A stretch of DNA of 64,000 nucleotides, taken from positions 1-64,000 of the IMG/VR virus record IMGVR_UViG_3300037475_000240; one strand, given 5' to 3'. Position numbers and translations under genes: made by a program. Shown one piece after another: positions 19,520 to 29,713 of this stretch. Every line of letters begins with the position of its first letter. The first letter of the stretch is position 1. Under the pieces are notes generated by a model that worked only from the letters and a program-made list of their open reading frames with translations, was not told the DNA's origin and did no database searches. The stretch comes from a virus.

Positions 19520-22500
19520 TTAAGTTTGTACACTAACTAATCTAATATATGGTATTATTGAAAAAGAACTACCTGTAATAGCCGACAACGCAACGCTTGC
19601 TGGTAAATTAGTTTGAGCTGCGGAAGAATAATTTCCAATTCCTAAATACCATGGTCCACCAATACCAGATGGAATTCCTGTACCAGTATAAGCACTAGAA
19701 AAAGAACCAATAGGTGCTAATCCACCAATAATATCTGTAGATAAAGCAAATCCAATAAAACTCTGACTAATACCAACATTTATACTATTTGTTGACACTC
19801 TTTGGTATAATCCTAACCAATATTGACCGGGTGACATTGTGCTATTTATTGGAAATTGAATTAATTTAGCACCAGTATAACCGCTTGAAATATTAAATCC
19901 TGCAGATGTTGTAGATCCAGTTCCATAGCCAGTATTATTAGATGTTGTTGGCTGATTAATAGTATAAGTACTATTATTACCAGTTACACCAATACTATAA
20001 GATCCAGAAGTAATAGATCCTAATGTAGTACTATTAGTTCCTGTTCCGCGTGTATAAATACCATAAGATAATGTTAATGATTGTTGTCCAGAACTTGTTC
20101 CATTAGTAATAAAGCTCATAGTTTGAATCATATTAATCCAACCTGCCGCAACATATTGATTTAAAGTAAATGGTACAAAAGATGCACTACCAGATGTTGC
20201 TGTATTTGCACTTAATACTGTAGTATCAGAGTTATTTAATGGATATGGCTCATAACTATATAATGTAACTTGAGAATAAGAAGCTGTTAAAGTAGATCCA
20301 TTAAGTCCAAATGAAATTCCATTAGAATTACTAAAAGTAATTGCTGATAAATTGTTACTAGTAGTACCAGCAGAAATATTAAAGGCTGCACCAATACTAA
20401 TAGTATTTCCATTTACAGAAATAGATGCACCACCAGTTGCTGACAAACTTGAAGTTGCTGGCGCTGATAATTGAATGGATCCGTTAGAGTATCCTACAGT
20501 CATAGCCCCTAAACCATTGTAAGATAATGTTCTAACATCTAAAGTAGTACTAGAGTTTTGAGTAGTATTGCCTAAAGCATATAGTCCTGCAGTTTGATTT
20601 GATTGTACAGCAGAAATTTGAATTGATCCATTAGAATATCCTGCAGTAACAATTCCTAACCCATTAAAACTTAAACTTCTAGCATCTAATGTAGTGCTAG
20701 AATTCTGAGTAGTATTGCCAAGAGCATACAAACCTACGGTTTGATTAGTTTGAGTTGGTACAGTATAACTAGCTGTTAAAGTAGATCCGTCTAACCCAAA
20801 GCTTATTCCATTAATATTACTAAATGTAACTGCATTTAAATTATTGCTAGTAGTACCAGCAGAAATATTAAAGTTATAGCTAGCAGTAATACGTGAACTA
20901 CCAGACATACCAAAAGAAATATTATTACTGTTAGAATAAACTACTGTTCCAGAAGTAGCTGTTTGAGTTCCAGCTGAAGGAACAACTACGTTTTGTGTTT
21001 GAGATGTTTGAGATCCTGAAATTTGTATACTACCATTAGAATAACCAACAGTTATATTTCCTAAACCGTTGAATGATAAAGTTCTGGCATCTAAAATTGT
21101 GCTAGAGTTTTGAGTTGTATTACCAAGAGCATACAAACCTACAGTTTGATTGGTTTGCGCTGCAACTGAGCCAGTAATAGTAGAGCCATCTAATCCAAAA
21201 GAAACTCCGTTAGCATTATTAAAAGTAATAGCACTTAAATTATTGCTTGTGGTTCCAGCAGAAACATTAATATTTGTTAATGCGTTAGGTACAGAAATAA
21301 TAACACTACCACTAGAATAACCAACTGAAGCTGCGCCAGCTCCGGAGAATGTAATTGAACGAGCATCAACTGTACTACTTGAACTTTGTCCCGTAGTATT
21401 TCCTACGGCATATAATCCTTGAGTTTGATTAGTCTGAGAAGTAATGCCATTGTGCGATGCAGTAATAGTTTGACCATTGATTCCAAAAGTAATTCCATTG
21501 CTATTAGAAAATCTAATAGTGCCGGTTGTAATACTATTAACACCATCATAGATGGCTTGAATTAATGATTGAGTTTGTGCAGTTTGGACCGGCGCTGATA
21601 TTTGAATAGATCCGTTAGAATATCCAATAGTAGCCGCCCCTAATCCATTAAATGATAAACTTCTAACATCTAATGTTGTACTAGAGTTTTGAGTAGTATT
21701 GCCTAAAGCATATAATCCTGCAGTTTGTGCTGACTGAGCAGATTGTGTTGCAGAAATTTGAATACTACCATTAGAATAACCAACAGTAACAATTCCTAAA
21801 CCATTAAATGATAGTGAACGAGCATCAAGTGTGGTGCTAGAATTTTGAGTAGTATTACCTAATCCATATAATCCTACAGTTTGATTTGTTTGTGTAGGAA
21901 CGGTATAACTTCCTGTTAAAGTTGATCCATTGAGACCAAATGCTAATCCATTAGAGTTACTAAAAGTAATTGCTGATAAATTGTTACTAGTAGTACCAGC
22001 AGACACATTAATTGCAGAAATTAATCCTGCAGTTGATGGTACTGTATAAGAAGCTGTAATTCTTGTACTACCAGACAAACCAAAGCTAATACCATTACTA
22101 TTACTAAATAATATAGTACCAGAAGTTCCAGTTTGAGTTCCAGCTGCAATTGCTCCTGGTGCTGTTGATTGAGAATATGAGGCAGAAGCTGTAATAGTAG
22201 ATCCATTAGCTCCAAAACTAACATTATTAGAGTTGCTAAATGTAACTGCATTTAAATTATTGCTAGTAGTACCAGCAGAAATATTAAAGTTATAACTAGC
22301 AGTAATACGTGAACTACCAGACATACCAAAAGAAATATTATTACTGTTAGAATATATAATAGTACCGCTTGTTGCTGTTTGAGTTCCCGCTGAAGGTACA
22401 ACTATATTTTGTGTTTGAGTAGTTTGAACTGGAATAGAAGCTGTTAAAGTAGAGCCATCCAATCCAAAAGAAACTCCATTAGCATTGCTAAAAGTTAAAG

Positions 22501-23896
22501 CGGAAACGAAGTTACTAGTAGTTCCTGCAGAAACATTAAGAGAAACAGGAGCTGCTGAAACACTAGCAGTTATAATAGATCCATTAAGACCAAAACTTAC
22601 ACCATTGGAATTGCTAAAAGTAATAGCATTTAAATTATTACTAGTAGTACCAGCCGAAATATTAATATTTCCATTTCCACCTGCACCAGAAACTATTAAA
22701 GCATTTCCAGAATATCCGACAGAAATATTTCCTGCTCCAGAAATAGAAATAGTACGCATATCAAAAGTACTACTAGAAGATTGTCCTGTAGTATTTCCAA
22801 TAGCATATTGTCCGCCAGTTTGATTAGTTTGAGATTGAACCGAAGCAGTTAATGTTGATCCATTCAACCCAAATGACACACCATTTAAATTAGAAAAGCT
22901 TAAAGAAGTTTGAATTGGAACCGTATATGAAGCCGTAATAGTACTTCCATTGGTTCCAAAAGAAATACCATTTGAATTAGAAAATATATTGGCTGTTTGT
23001 GAATTAACTGATGCAGTAACAGTAGATCCGGCTGTTCCAAATGTTACACCATTTCCATTGCTAAATAAATATTGTGTTTGAGTTGGAACAGTATATGATC
23101 CAGTTAATGTTGATCCTGCTATTCCAAATGATAAACCATTTAAATTAGAAAAACTTAAAGAAGTTTGATCTGGAACAGATCCTGTAATAATAGATCCATT
23201 CATTCCAAAACTAACATTATTAGAGTTGCTAAATGTAATAGCGCTTAAATTATTACTAGTAGTACCAGCAGACACATTTATATTAGAAATTAATCCGACT
23301 GTATTAGGAACAGTGTATGATGCAGTAATTTGACTAGAGTTTGACATTCCAAATGTCATACCATTGGAATTTACAAAAACTAAAGTCCCAGAAGTTTGAG
23401 TTTGCGTTCCGCCCTGAACAGCTCCAATGCCAACAGATGGCAAGATGCTGGCAGTCATTATTAAACCATTAATACCGAAAGTTACACCATTACCATTTTG
23501 AAAACTTAAAGTTCCACTAGTTGCTGTTCCTGTACCCGCAATCAATCCAGCTAATCCACTAGGTTGAACACTAGCAGTAATAGTAGATCCATTAGCTCCA
23601 AAAGATACACCATTAGCATTAGAAAAAACTACAGTTGGACCATTAGCTTGTGTGGTTCCTGCACTAATTCCTTGAACTAAACTAGGATTAGATCCAACAT
23701 CTATCCATGTGGCAGGAGAAGTATTTATTAACATCCAAATAGAGTTATCGTCTAATTGAATTGCTTGTTTATATAAATCTTCAGGCTGAAATCCAGATGC
23801 AGCTAATCTAGCCGGAGCATCATCATATTCATATGCAATGGTACCATGAATACCTTGAGATAAAGTTTGTTTGCCGTGTTTATTGCTATTAGCCAT
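19520..23896 (-). CDS. Very long Ser/Thr/Asn/Gly-rich repeat fibre protein (about 1458 aa)
   Basis: Many copies of SAGTTSNNL.AITFSN.NG.SFG.NGST.TAS and QT.GLYALGNTTQNSSTTLD.R; probable start 23896. Confidence 0.75.
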   Translation of the reverse strand: MANSNKHGKQTLSQGIHGTIAYEYDDAPARLAASGFQPEDLYKQAIQLDDNSIWMLINTSPATWIDVGSNPSLVQGISAGTTQANGPTVVFSNANGVSFGANGSTITASVQPSGLAGLIAGTGTATSGTLSFQNGNGVTFGINGLIMTASILPSVGIGAVQGGTQTQTSGTLVFVNSNGMTFGMSNSSQITASYTVPNTVGLISNINVSAGTTSNNLSAITFSNSNNVSFGMNGSIITGSVPDQTSLSFSNLNGLSFGIAGSTLTGSYTVPTQTQYLFSNGNGVTFGTAGSTVTASVNSQTANIFSNSNGISFGTNGSTITASYTVPIQTSLSFSNLNGVSFGLNGSTLTASVQSQTNQTGGQYAIGNTTGQSSSSTFDMRTISISGAGNISVGYSGNALIVSGAGGNGNINISAGTTSNNLNAITFSNSNGVSFGLNGSIITASVSAAPVSLNVSAGTTSNFVSALTFSNANGVSFGLDGSTLTASIPVQTTQTQNIVVPSAGTQTATSGTIIYSNSNNISFGMSGSSRITASYNFNISAGTTSNNLNAVTFSNSNNVSFGANGSTITASASYSQSTAPGAIAAGTQTGTSGTILFSNSNGISFGLSGSTRITASYTVPSTAGLISAINVSAGTTSNNLSAITFSNSNGLAFGLNGSTLTGSYTVPTQTNQTVGLYGLGNTTQNSSTTLDARSLSFNGLGIVTVGYSNGSIQISATQSAQSAQTAGLYALGNTTQNSSTTLDVRSLSFNGLGAATIGYSNGSIQISAPVQTAQTQSLIQAIYDGVNSITTGTIRFSNSNGITFGINGQTITASHNGITSQTNQTQGLYAVGNTTGQSSSSTVDARSITFSGAGAASVGYSSGSVIISVPNALTNINVSAGTTSNNLSAITFNNANGVSFGLDGSTITGSVAAQTNQTVGLYALGNTTQNSSTILDARTLSFNGLGNITVGYSNGSIQISGSQTSQTQNVVVPSAGTQTATSGTVVYSNSNNISFGMSGSSRITASYNFNISAGTTSNNLNAVTFSNINGISFGLDGSTLTASYTVPTQTNQTVGLYALGNTTQNSSTTLDARSLSFNGLGIVTAGYSNGSIQISAVQSNQTAGLYALGNTTQNSSTTLDVRTLSYNGLGAMTVGYSNGSIQLSAPATSSLSATGGASISVNGNTISIGAAFNISAGTTSNNLSAITFSNSNGISFGLNGSTLTASYSQVTLYSYEPYPLNNSDTTVLSANTATSGSASFVPFTLNQYVAAGWINMIQTMSFITNGTSSGQQSLTLSYGIYTRGTGTNSTTLGSITSGSYSIGVTGNNSTYTINQPTTSNNTGYGTGSTTSAGFNISSGYTGAKLIQFPINSTMSPGQYWLGLYQRVSTNSINVGISQSFIGFALSTDIIGGLAPIGSFSSAYTGTGIPSGIGGPWYLGIGNYSSAAQTNLPASVALSAITGSSFSIIPYIRLVSVQT
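20820..22354. repeat. 119-bp direct repeat pair inside the fibre gene (20820-20938 and 22236-22354)
   Basis: Manual alignment shows a single mismatch (20879 G vs 22295 A). Confidence 0.85.
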
Positions 23897-23963
23897 AATT
23901 AACCTAGTTAAATAACTCAAGAATATGTGCAATTATTAGCTTAACTTATTTTTTAAGTTGCTA

Positions 23964-23991
23964 TTGACAATATTTTTAAAATATTTATACT
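23964..23991 (+). promoter_or_regulatory. Sigma70-type promoter of the CCA-adding enzyme gene
   Basis: TTGACA (23964-69), 16 nt, TATACT (23986-91); ATG at 23998. Confidence 0.7.
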
Positions 23992-23997
23992 GTCGCT

Positions 23998-25227
23998 ATG
24001 GAAAAATTTAAAAATATAAATAACAAAGCTATACAAATCTGTCAAACTTTAAATCAATCTGGATTTCAAGGTTACATTGTAGGCGGATGTGTACGTGATT
24101 TACTTTTAGGAGTTTCTCCAAAAGATTGGGACATTTGCACTGATGCTAATCCAGAAAAAATAATGGAATTATTTCCAAAGCATTATCCAACTGGCTTGGA
24201 ACATGGCACTATTACCGTTGCTATGGGTGAAGGTGTGGAAAATCATTTTGAAGTTACTACTTTTAGAACTGAAGGCAAATATTTAGATGGTCGTAGACCT
24301 GAAAGTGTTTCTTTTGTTAAAAATATAAAAGAAGATTTGGCTCGAAGAGATTTAACTATTAATGCGATAGCTTTTGATCCTATTTCTGCGCAGCTTGTTG
24401 ATCCTTTTAATGGAATTAATGATCTAGAAAATAAAATAATTAAGTCTGTAGGTATTGCAGATGATCGATTTAAAGAAGATGGTTTAAGATTACTAAGAGT
24501 AGCTAGATTTGCAGCTCGTTTTGGCTATGAAATTGAAGAAAAAACATTTCAAGCTATAAAAAATAATAATAAGATGCTTAGATTAATTTCTAAAGAGAGA
24601 ATTAAAGATGAATTTTGTAAACTTTTACAAACCAAACATGCTTTTTATGGTTTAAATATATTAAAAGAAACTGGTCTTATTCATATTTTCTGTCGAACTC
24701 TTATGGGAAATTTTGATGATGATTTTCCTCCTGACATAACTAAATGTTTAGGAAATGTAGAAACAAAAATAGCTTTATTATATCATAAAGTTTATGATTG
24801 GAACGAAGCTGAACAAGATCTTATTGATTTAAAGTTTTCTAACAAAGAAATAAAGAAAATTATTTTTCAATTAAAACTTTTACATATGATTCATAATGAC
24901 TTTGATAAAGATTATTACATTTACTTTATATCATACTTGAAAAACAATAGCCCTGATCCTTGGGAATATACTTTAAATCAATTTATAACTTTAACTGATG
25001 CTCTTAATATCGATTTTAAATCATTAGTCGATCATCATAAATCAACTATAGTTTTTTCTAGAAAAGAATTGCAAATAAACGGTAATCATCTAATAGATTT
25101 AGGAATTAGATCAGGTCCTGAAATTAAATCTATATTAGACAAATGTTATTCTGAAATATTAAAAAATCCTGATAATAATAATTTGGATTCTTTACTTAAA
25201 TTTGTTGCATTTAATACTAAACAATAA
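23998..25227 (+). CDS. cca: tRNA nucleotidyltransferase (class II CCA-adding enzyme)
   Basis: VGGCVRD, DWD, EVTTFRTEGKYLDGRRP loop, RRDLTINA, EDGLRLLR, ERI. Confidence 0.92.
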   Translation: MEKFKNINNKAIQICQTLNQSGFQGYIVGGCVRDLLLGVSPKDWDICTDANPEKIMELFPKHYPTGLEHGTITVAMGEGVENHFEVTTFRTEGKYLDGRRPESVSFVKNIKEDLARRDLTINAIAFDPISAQLVDPFNGINDLENKIIKSVGIADDRFKEDGLRLLRVARFAARFGYEIEEKTFQAIKNNNKMLRLISKERIKDEFCKLLQTKHAFYGLNILKETGLIHIFCRTLMGNFDDDFPPDITKCLGNVETKIALLYHKVYDWNEAEQDLIDLKFSNKEIKKIIFQLKLLHMIHNDFDKDYYIYFISYLKNNSPDPWEYTLNQFITLTDALNIDFKSLVDHHKSTIVFSRKELQINGNHLIDLGIRSGPEIKSILDKCYSEILKNPDNNNLDSLLKFVAFNTKQ

Positions 25228-25231
25228 AAAC

Positions 25232-25263
25232 GAATAAGGCGTTGGAAAACCAACGCCTTATTC
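25232..25263. terminator. Intrinsic terminator between the convergent cca and major capsid genes
   Basis: GAATAAGGCGTTGG-aaaa-CCAACGCCTTATTC, 14-bp stem; T-rich tail on the minus strand. Confidence 0.85.
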
Positions 25264-25288
25264 TTCATTCATTCAACTAATTGCTTAA

Positions 25289-26299
25289 TTAGGCAACAGT
25301 TGTGCTCTTGCGTCCAGCAGCTACGCCACGTGGATTGACAATTGCAAGACCGATAATCTCAGAAACTACCCAACCGAGCTTCAATTGCTTTGGCTCATCA
25401 GCTGGTAAGACTTCGATGTCTTGACGAATTGGCATGACGCCTACGAACTCAGGGTCGGCCGCGCCGTAGATCGTACCAGGAGGAACGATCTTAGATACCA
25501 TAATGTCAGTTCCCCAGATGTGGGCATAAAGACCAGTTTGCAATACTTCACGCATTGTTACTGGATCGAAATCTCCACCGCTTGTTCCTTGACCACCACC
25601 AGAACCCCACTTAAGGATGTCTGTGAACTCAGAAATATTCATGAAGTACTTGGTTGTAACTAAGTCCCAACGATCAATTTGTTGTTTGATCTCAACTAAG
25701 TCTCTCTTCAAAAGACCAGCATCGGCAACGTCGGTGATGGTGTTTTCAACAGAGGCAGCAGCATCAAGGGCAGCAAAAATGTTAGCATCTTCTTGAGCCA
25801 TGATTTCTTGACGAGCCTTTTGAACGGCACGGTCAATAACGTTGAATCTGCGTCTTTTAACTTCAGCGATACGAACGGTTGGGTTTGCGAAAATCTCGAA
25901 CTCTGGTACTACGATACGATCACCGAATACGCGAGACTCTGGACCTGTTCCGTTTGAAGAAATTACGACGGCAGCAACGTCAATATCGCGCTCGTAAGTT
26001 GGGTTTGCACCTTGTGGCAATGGATCAACTACAAGGGCTCTACGTGCAATACCGTGGTAATCCAAGTTCTTACGAATTGGGTTTGCCATGGCTTGAGCTA
26101 ATGCTACTTTACCATCTTGTGTCATAATTGCGCGAGAAATAAGTTCATCACGCTTGTCGTCACTTACAGAAGGTTGTCCTGCAAGACCAGCATTGGCTGG
26201 CATATTCTCTTCTAAAATACTTGCATATTTAACTAATTGTGCAAGTGCATCTTTTAATGAAGAAGCATTAACTTCTCCGGATTTCGAAAACATATTCAT
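25289..26299 (-). CDS. Major capsid protein (HK97-like fold)
   Basis: Size about 336 aa, position downstream of protease and decoration genes, higher-GC codon usage, C-terminal GWVVSEIIGLAIVNP; GGAG SD favours start 26299. Confidence 0.85.
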   Translation of the reverse strand: MNMFSKSGEVNASSLKDALAQLVKYASILEENMPANAGLAGQPSVSDDKRDELISRAIMTQDGKVALAQAMANPIRKNLDYHGIARRALVVDPLPQGANPTYERDIDVAAVVISSNGTGPESRVFGDRIVVPEFEIFANPTVRIAEVKRRRFNVIDRAVQKARQEIMAQEDANIFAALDAAASVENTITDVADAGLLKRDLVEIKQQIDRWDLVTTKYFMNISEFTDILKWGSGGGQGTSGGDFDPVTMREVLQTGLYAHIWGTDIMVSKIVPPGTIYGAADPEFVGVMPIRQDIEVLPADEPKQLKLGWVVSEIIGLAIVNPRGVAAGRKSTTVA

Positions 26300-26431
26300 T
26301 TGTGTCTCCACTAAATTATTTGAAATTGTTGCCAGCAAAATACCAGCTGCACCTATGTGCGTTAATTAAATGAAGTATTATTACCTGTTTTTAAAATAAA
26401 TGTGAAAATAAATTTTAAATAGCACAAAAAC

Positions 26432-26459
26432 AAAAGAGCGGACCAAGGTCCGCTCTTTT
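26432..26459 (-). terminator. Intrinsic terminator after the decoration-like gene
   Basis: AAAAGAGCGGAC-cttg-GTCCGCTCTTTT then gttttt on the minus strand. Confidence 0.85.
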
Positions 26460-26483
26460 AACTATCTATTTAACTTTTACTTA

Positions 26484-27173
26484 TTATGCATTAAAATACA
26501 AAACTACCCAAGTATAACTACGAGAAGTTGTGGTCAAAGCACCATCTGGTGGGTTGAAGGTACCAACTAAGTTATTTGGAGTGGTTACCAAAGAACCGTT
26601 TGTAGCGAATTCAACGAAGTTACCAACTGAAGTTCCATTAGAACCTGCAGTAGTTGTTAAAAGACCAGAAGTAGTAAGATCGTTAGCTAAAGTTGCATAA
26701 AGAGCTGTACCTGCAGCAACTGGAGTTGCAGCTGTTGGTTGAAGTGTTGCGTCTACAGCATCAATAGAGACGGCATATAATCCTGGTTGTGACCAGCAAG
26801 TTACCTTACCAGAACCAGAAGTTGTGTGTGGTCCTAAGACAGCGCCACCAGTAGATACTTGACCTACGGTTCCACCAACTACAGTTCCGAACAATGTACC
26901 GTAACCAGCAATACCTTCGTCAGCTAACATCAAAGGGCGGGTTGTTAAAATTGGAGCAGCAGAAACGCCTGTAGCATAACCATAACGATTAATTACTGGA
27001 CGAAATGTAGCAGCTTCATATCCATCAAATGAATCTGCAGCAGCTTTATCAGTTCCTGTTCTTGTTACTTGACTAAAAGTAACACACTCTCCACCTTTTA
27101 AGGTAGTAAGTATTGCGTCGAGTCCATCGAATTGCCCTAATGGCATAGTTGCTTGAAGTGGTTTAAGAGCCAT
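26484..27173 (-). CDS. Putative capsid decoration/cement protein
   Basis: Immediately upstream of MCP; Thr/Ala/Gly-rich; GSGKVTCW motif shared with 34527..35216. Confidence 0.6.
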   Translation of the reverse strand: MALKPLQATMPLGQFDGLDAILTTLKGGECVTFSQVTRTGTDKAAADSFDGYEAATFRPVINRYGYATGVSAAPILTTRPLMLADEGIAGYGTLFGTVVGGTVGQVSTGGAVLGPHTTSGSGKVTCWSQPGLYAVSIDAVDATLQPTAATPVAAGTALYATLANDLTTSGLLTTTAGSNGTSVGNFVEFATNGSLVTTPNNLVGTFNPPDGALTTTSRSYTWVVLYFNA

Positions 27174-27292
27174 GATTTTATCCTATTTAATTTGTGCTAA
27201 ATAATATTTAGCTTATATACTTACACCTAAAAACTTACAAAATTTAGCGCAAATTAATGCGCAATTACATAAATATATTGTTATGCCCAGAA

Positions 27293-28525
27293 TTACATTA
27301 AATTAGGAAAATCTTTTCCTAAATCTTCTAGATCTTTACTTAAGTCACTAGCCTCATTATCAACATCTTTGACTGACTTTTCTGGCGCAAAATGTTCTTG
27401 TGATTCGTTGGCAGCTTGCTCAAGTTCTTCTTTGGCTTTAGCTTGCATATTTTGAGCAGCAGCAAAAACTTTCAAAATTTCTTGAACTGATTGTTTATAT
27501 GGAGGAATTGCATTAGCAACATCCTCAAAATCATCAGCAATTAAGCCCTTTCCACCATGCAAAACTTCAGTTTTATCAATTAATGAAGTAAAAAATCCTT
27601 TATCTTGTACTTGTCTTGCTTTAAAGCTCTCAGAGGTGAAATTCTTTTGCATTTCATTAATAAGAGGAATCATATTGGCAAATAATTTTAATAAAGTATT
27701 ATATGCTTGTACTGCTTCTGTTCCAGCGGGTTTAGAAGCTAAATTCATTAACTCTTTAGCAGTCTTTGGTTTTTCAAAATCAGTAATAATAGATTTATTT
27801 TTTAAATAAGTAGTATAAAATTCTTCTAATTTATTAACAAAATTAGATACACTGTCAACAAATGGCTTTGTATAAGTAGTTCCTACACCAAAATTAGAAT
27901 TAGATGTTACAAAATCATTTAATTCAGATACTAATCTAGTATGATTTTGTTCATATCCACGATCTACATCTGGCAAATGTTGTTGTGCATAAATAGCACC
28001 AATTAAAGCCGGAACTCCCACAACTGCTGCCCAAGCTAGTGGAGCTAATGCTATTTTTTTAATGTTTTTATTAGCTACTTGAGCTAAACAAGTATCAGCC
28101 AATACTCTTAACTCATCTTGATTTACATTATCTAAATGGTTCCCTAAACTAACTAAACTTAAAACTAATTCTTGTTCAGCATATTTATGATTTGTTGATT
28201 GTCCATTAGTTGGTTTATTAACAATATGCAACATAATATTTTGTCTTTCAATATTATTTTCAACTAATCCATTTAATTTATCATAAGAGGGGGAGACAAT
28301 GGCATTACCTTCATGTGCAATTTCCATTATATTATGCTTATATTCCATACCTTTAGCGGTTTCAGGTTTAACATCATAAAGCTTTTCAATATCTTTAGCA
28401 GTTAAAGCACTCATTCTTGGATTTTTTTCCAAAGCAGCTTTGGCTTTCTCTGGAGCATCCTTAGAAATAAGTCCCTTTTCTTGTGCTATTTTGACAAAAC
28501 TTTCAAATATATCGCTTTTTCTCAT
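27293..28525 (-). CDS. Putative internal virion protein with a hydrophobic segment; paralog of 32341..33462
   Basis: KIAQEKGLI, LYD...ET, AH, IVNKP; hydrophobic LAPLAWAAVVGVPALIG. Confidence 0.55.
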   Translation of the reverse strand: MRKSDIFESFVKIAQEKGLISKDAPEKAKAALEKNPRMSALTAKDIEKLYDVKPETAKGMEYKHNIMEIAHEGNAIVSPSYDKLNGLVENNIERQNIMLHIVNKPTNGQSTNHKYAEQELVLSLVSLGNHLDNVNQDELRVLADTCLAQVANKNIKKIALAPLAWAAVVGVPALIGAIYAQQHLPDVDRGYEQNHTRLVSELNDFVTSNSNFGVGTTYTKPFVDSVSNFVNKLEEFYTTYLKNKSIITDFEKPKTAKELMNLASKPAGTEAVQAYNTLLKLFANMIPLINEMQKNFTSESFKARQVQDKGFFTSLIDKTEVLHGGKGLIADDFEDVANAIPPYKQSVQEILKVFAAAQNMQAKAKEELEQAANESQEHFAPEKSVKDVDNEASDLSKDLEDLGKDFPNLM

Positions 28526-28576
28526 TAGATTCTCACCATTAGGGTAAAGTACAATTACATATCTTTATATGCGCAA

Positions 28577-29713
28577 TTATACCAAATAAGAGCCAGCAGG
28601 CAACGCTGGTTTTGTATTATTTGGAGTAGTCGTCGGAGCAGAACCTGCGCTAGCAGCAATTTGATCAATAAAATTGTCTACTAATTGTTTCTTAGAGGTA
28701 AAATGTTTTGGAATAAACACAAGAGGGTCTCCAGCTGATGAATGATTGTACCAAGCAATATTATCTGCTGTTATCTGAAATCCAGGTACAGATCTAATTA
28801 ATGCATCTTGACCATTTAATCCATCATATATTTCTTTTACAAATGAAACTAACATATTTTCTATGCTAGATTTATTATTGCTAACTCTTTCAATCCAATT
28901 AGTATCATTACTAGTATTATATCTAGTATCAACATAACTCGGCTTAACTGGAAATTTAGTTTGTGTACTCTTTGGTGTGGTTGGAGCTATATCTTTTACA
29001 GTTTCAACTGGTTTCCCATCTCTAATGGTACCATCAAATGCATTAGGTCTATCTAATAATTTATTAACTGCATCTCCAGCAACCATAAATCCAGCAGAAG
29101 CTAATGCTACTTTAAAAATCCAACTAAAAACTCTGGCAAGTACACTTGATGTCTTGCTTCGACGAGATTTAAACATAGAGGACAAATCAGATTGTTTTTT
29201 AATTCCTCTAAGTTCTTCATCATAAGTAATTAAAGCTAATTTTACTATTTTAGCATCCATTAATTCTCTATTAACAGAAGCAGTTTGAATTTTAGATAAA
29301 TCAGGTTCATCACCAGGATTGTGAGCTTGAACTGCTGAATTAACAAGTCCATCAATTTGAGCTGATGTAACTTTTTTATCACCAGCAATTAATTCTTTAA
29401 TTCCATTATAAACGGAAGATAAAATTCCCTTAACATCAATGTTAAAAATTCTCATAGCGAAGCTTATAAGAACACCTACCCAACCTAATCCCATGGCTGC
29501 AAATGTTACAGATAAAGCTCCAGGAGCTAAGATATTAAGTAAACTACCCTCACGATCATTTGGATCAATATGAGCGCCTACATAATTTTTAACACTGTTA
29601 GTTATTCCAGATACAACATCACCATCAGCCTTTTTAATTAGGTTTTGATCTGATAGTATTGTTTCAACTATCATTGTATCTACATAGAATCTTATTTCTG
29701 AATTACTAGCCAT
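28577..29713 (-). CDS. Putative internal virion/ejection protein with two hydrophobic segments
   Basis: ILAPGAL...VLISFAMRIF and VFSWIFKVALASAGFMVAG; TAATG-coupled. Confidence 0.5.
   Translation of the reverse strand: MASNSEIRFYVDTMIVETILSDQNLIKKADGDVVSGITNSVKNYVGAHIDPNDREGSLLNILAPGALSVTFAAMGLGWVGVLISFAMRIFNIDVKGILSSVYNGIKELIAGDKKVTSAQIDGLVNSAVQAHNPGDEPDLSKIQTASVNRELMDAKIVKLALITYDEELRGIKKQSDLSSMFKSRRSKTSSVLARVFSWIFKVALASAGFMVAGDAVNKLLDRPNAFDGTIRDGKPVETVKDIAPTTPKSTQTKFPVKPSYVDTRYNTSNDTNWIERVSNNKSSIENMLVSFVKEIYDGLNGQDALIRSVPGFQITADNIAWYNHSSAGDPLVFIPKHFTSKKQLVDNFIDQIAASAGSAPTTTPNNTKPALPAGSYLV

Noticed and set aside
19520-23896. Fibre repeats as a CRISPR array or a diversity-generating retroelement TR/VR pair
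   Set aside because: Repeats are in-frame coding units without unique spacers; the near-identical pair differs at one site only; no reverse transcriptase or cas gene is in the window.
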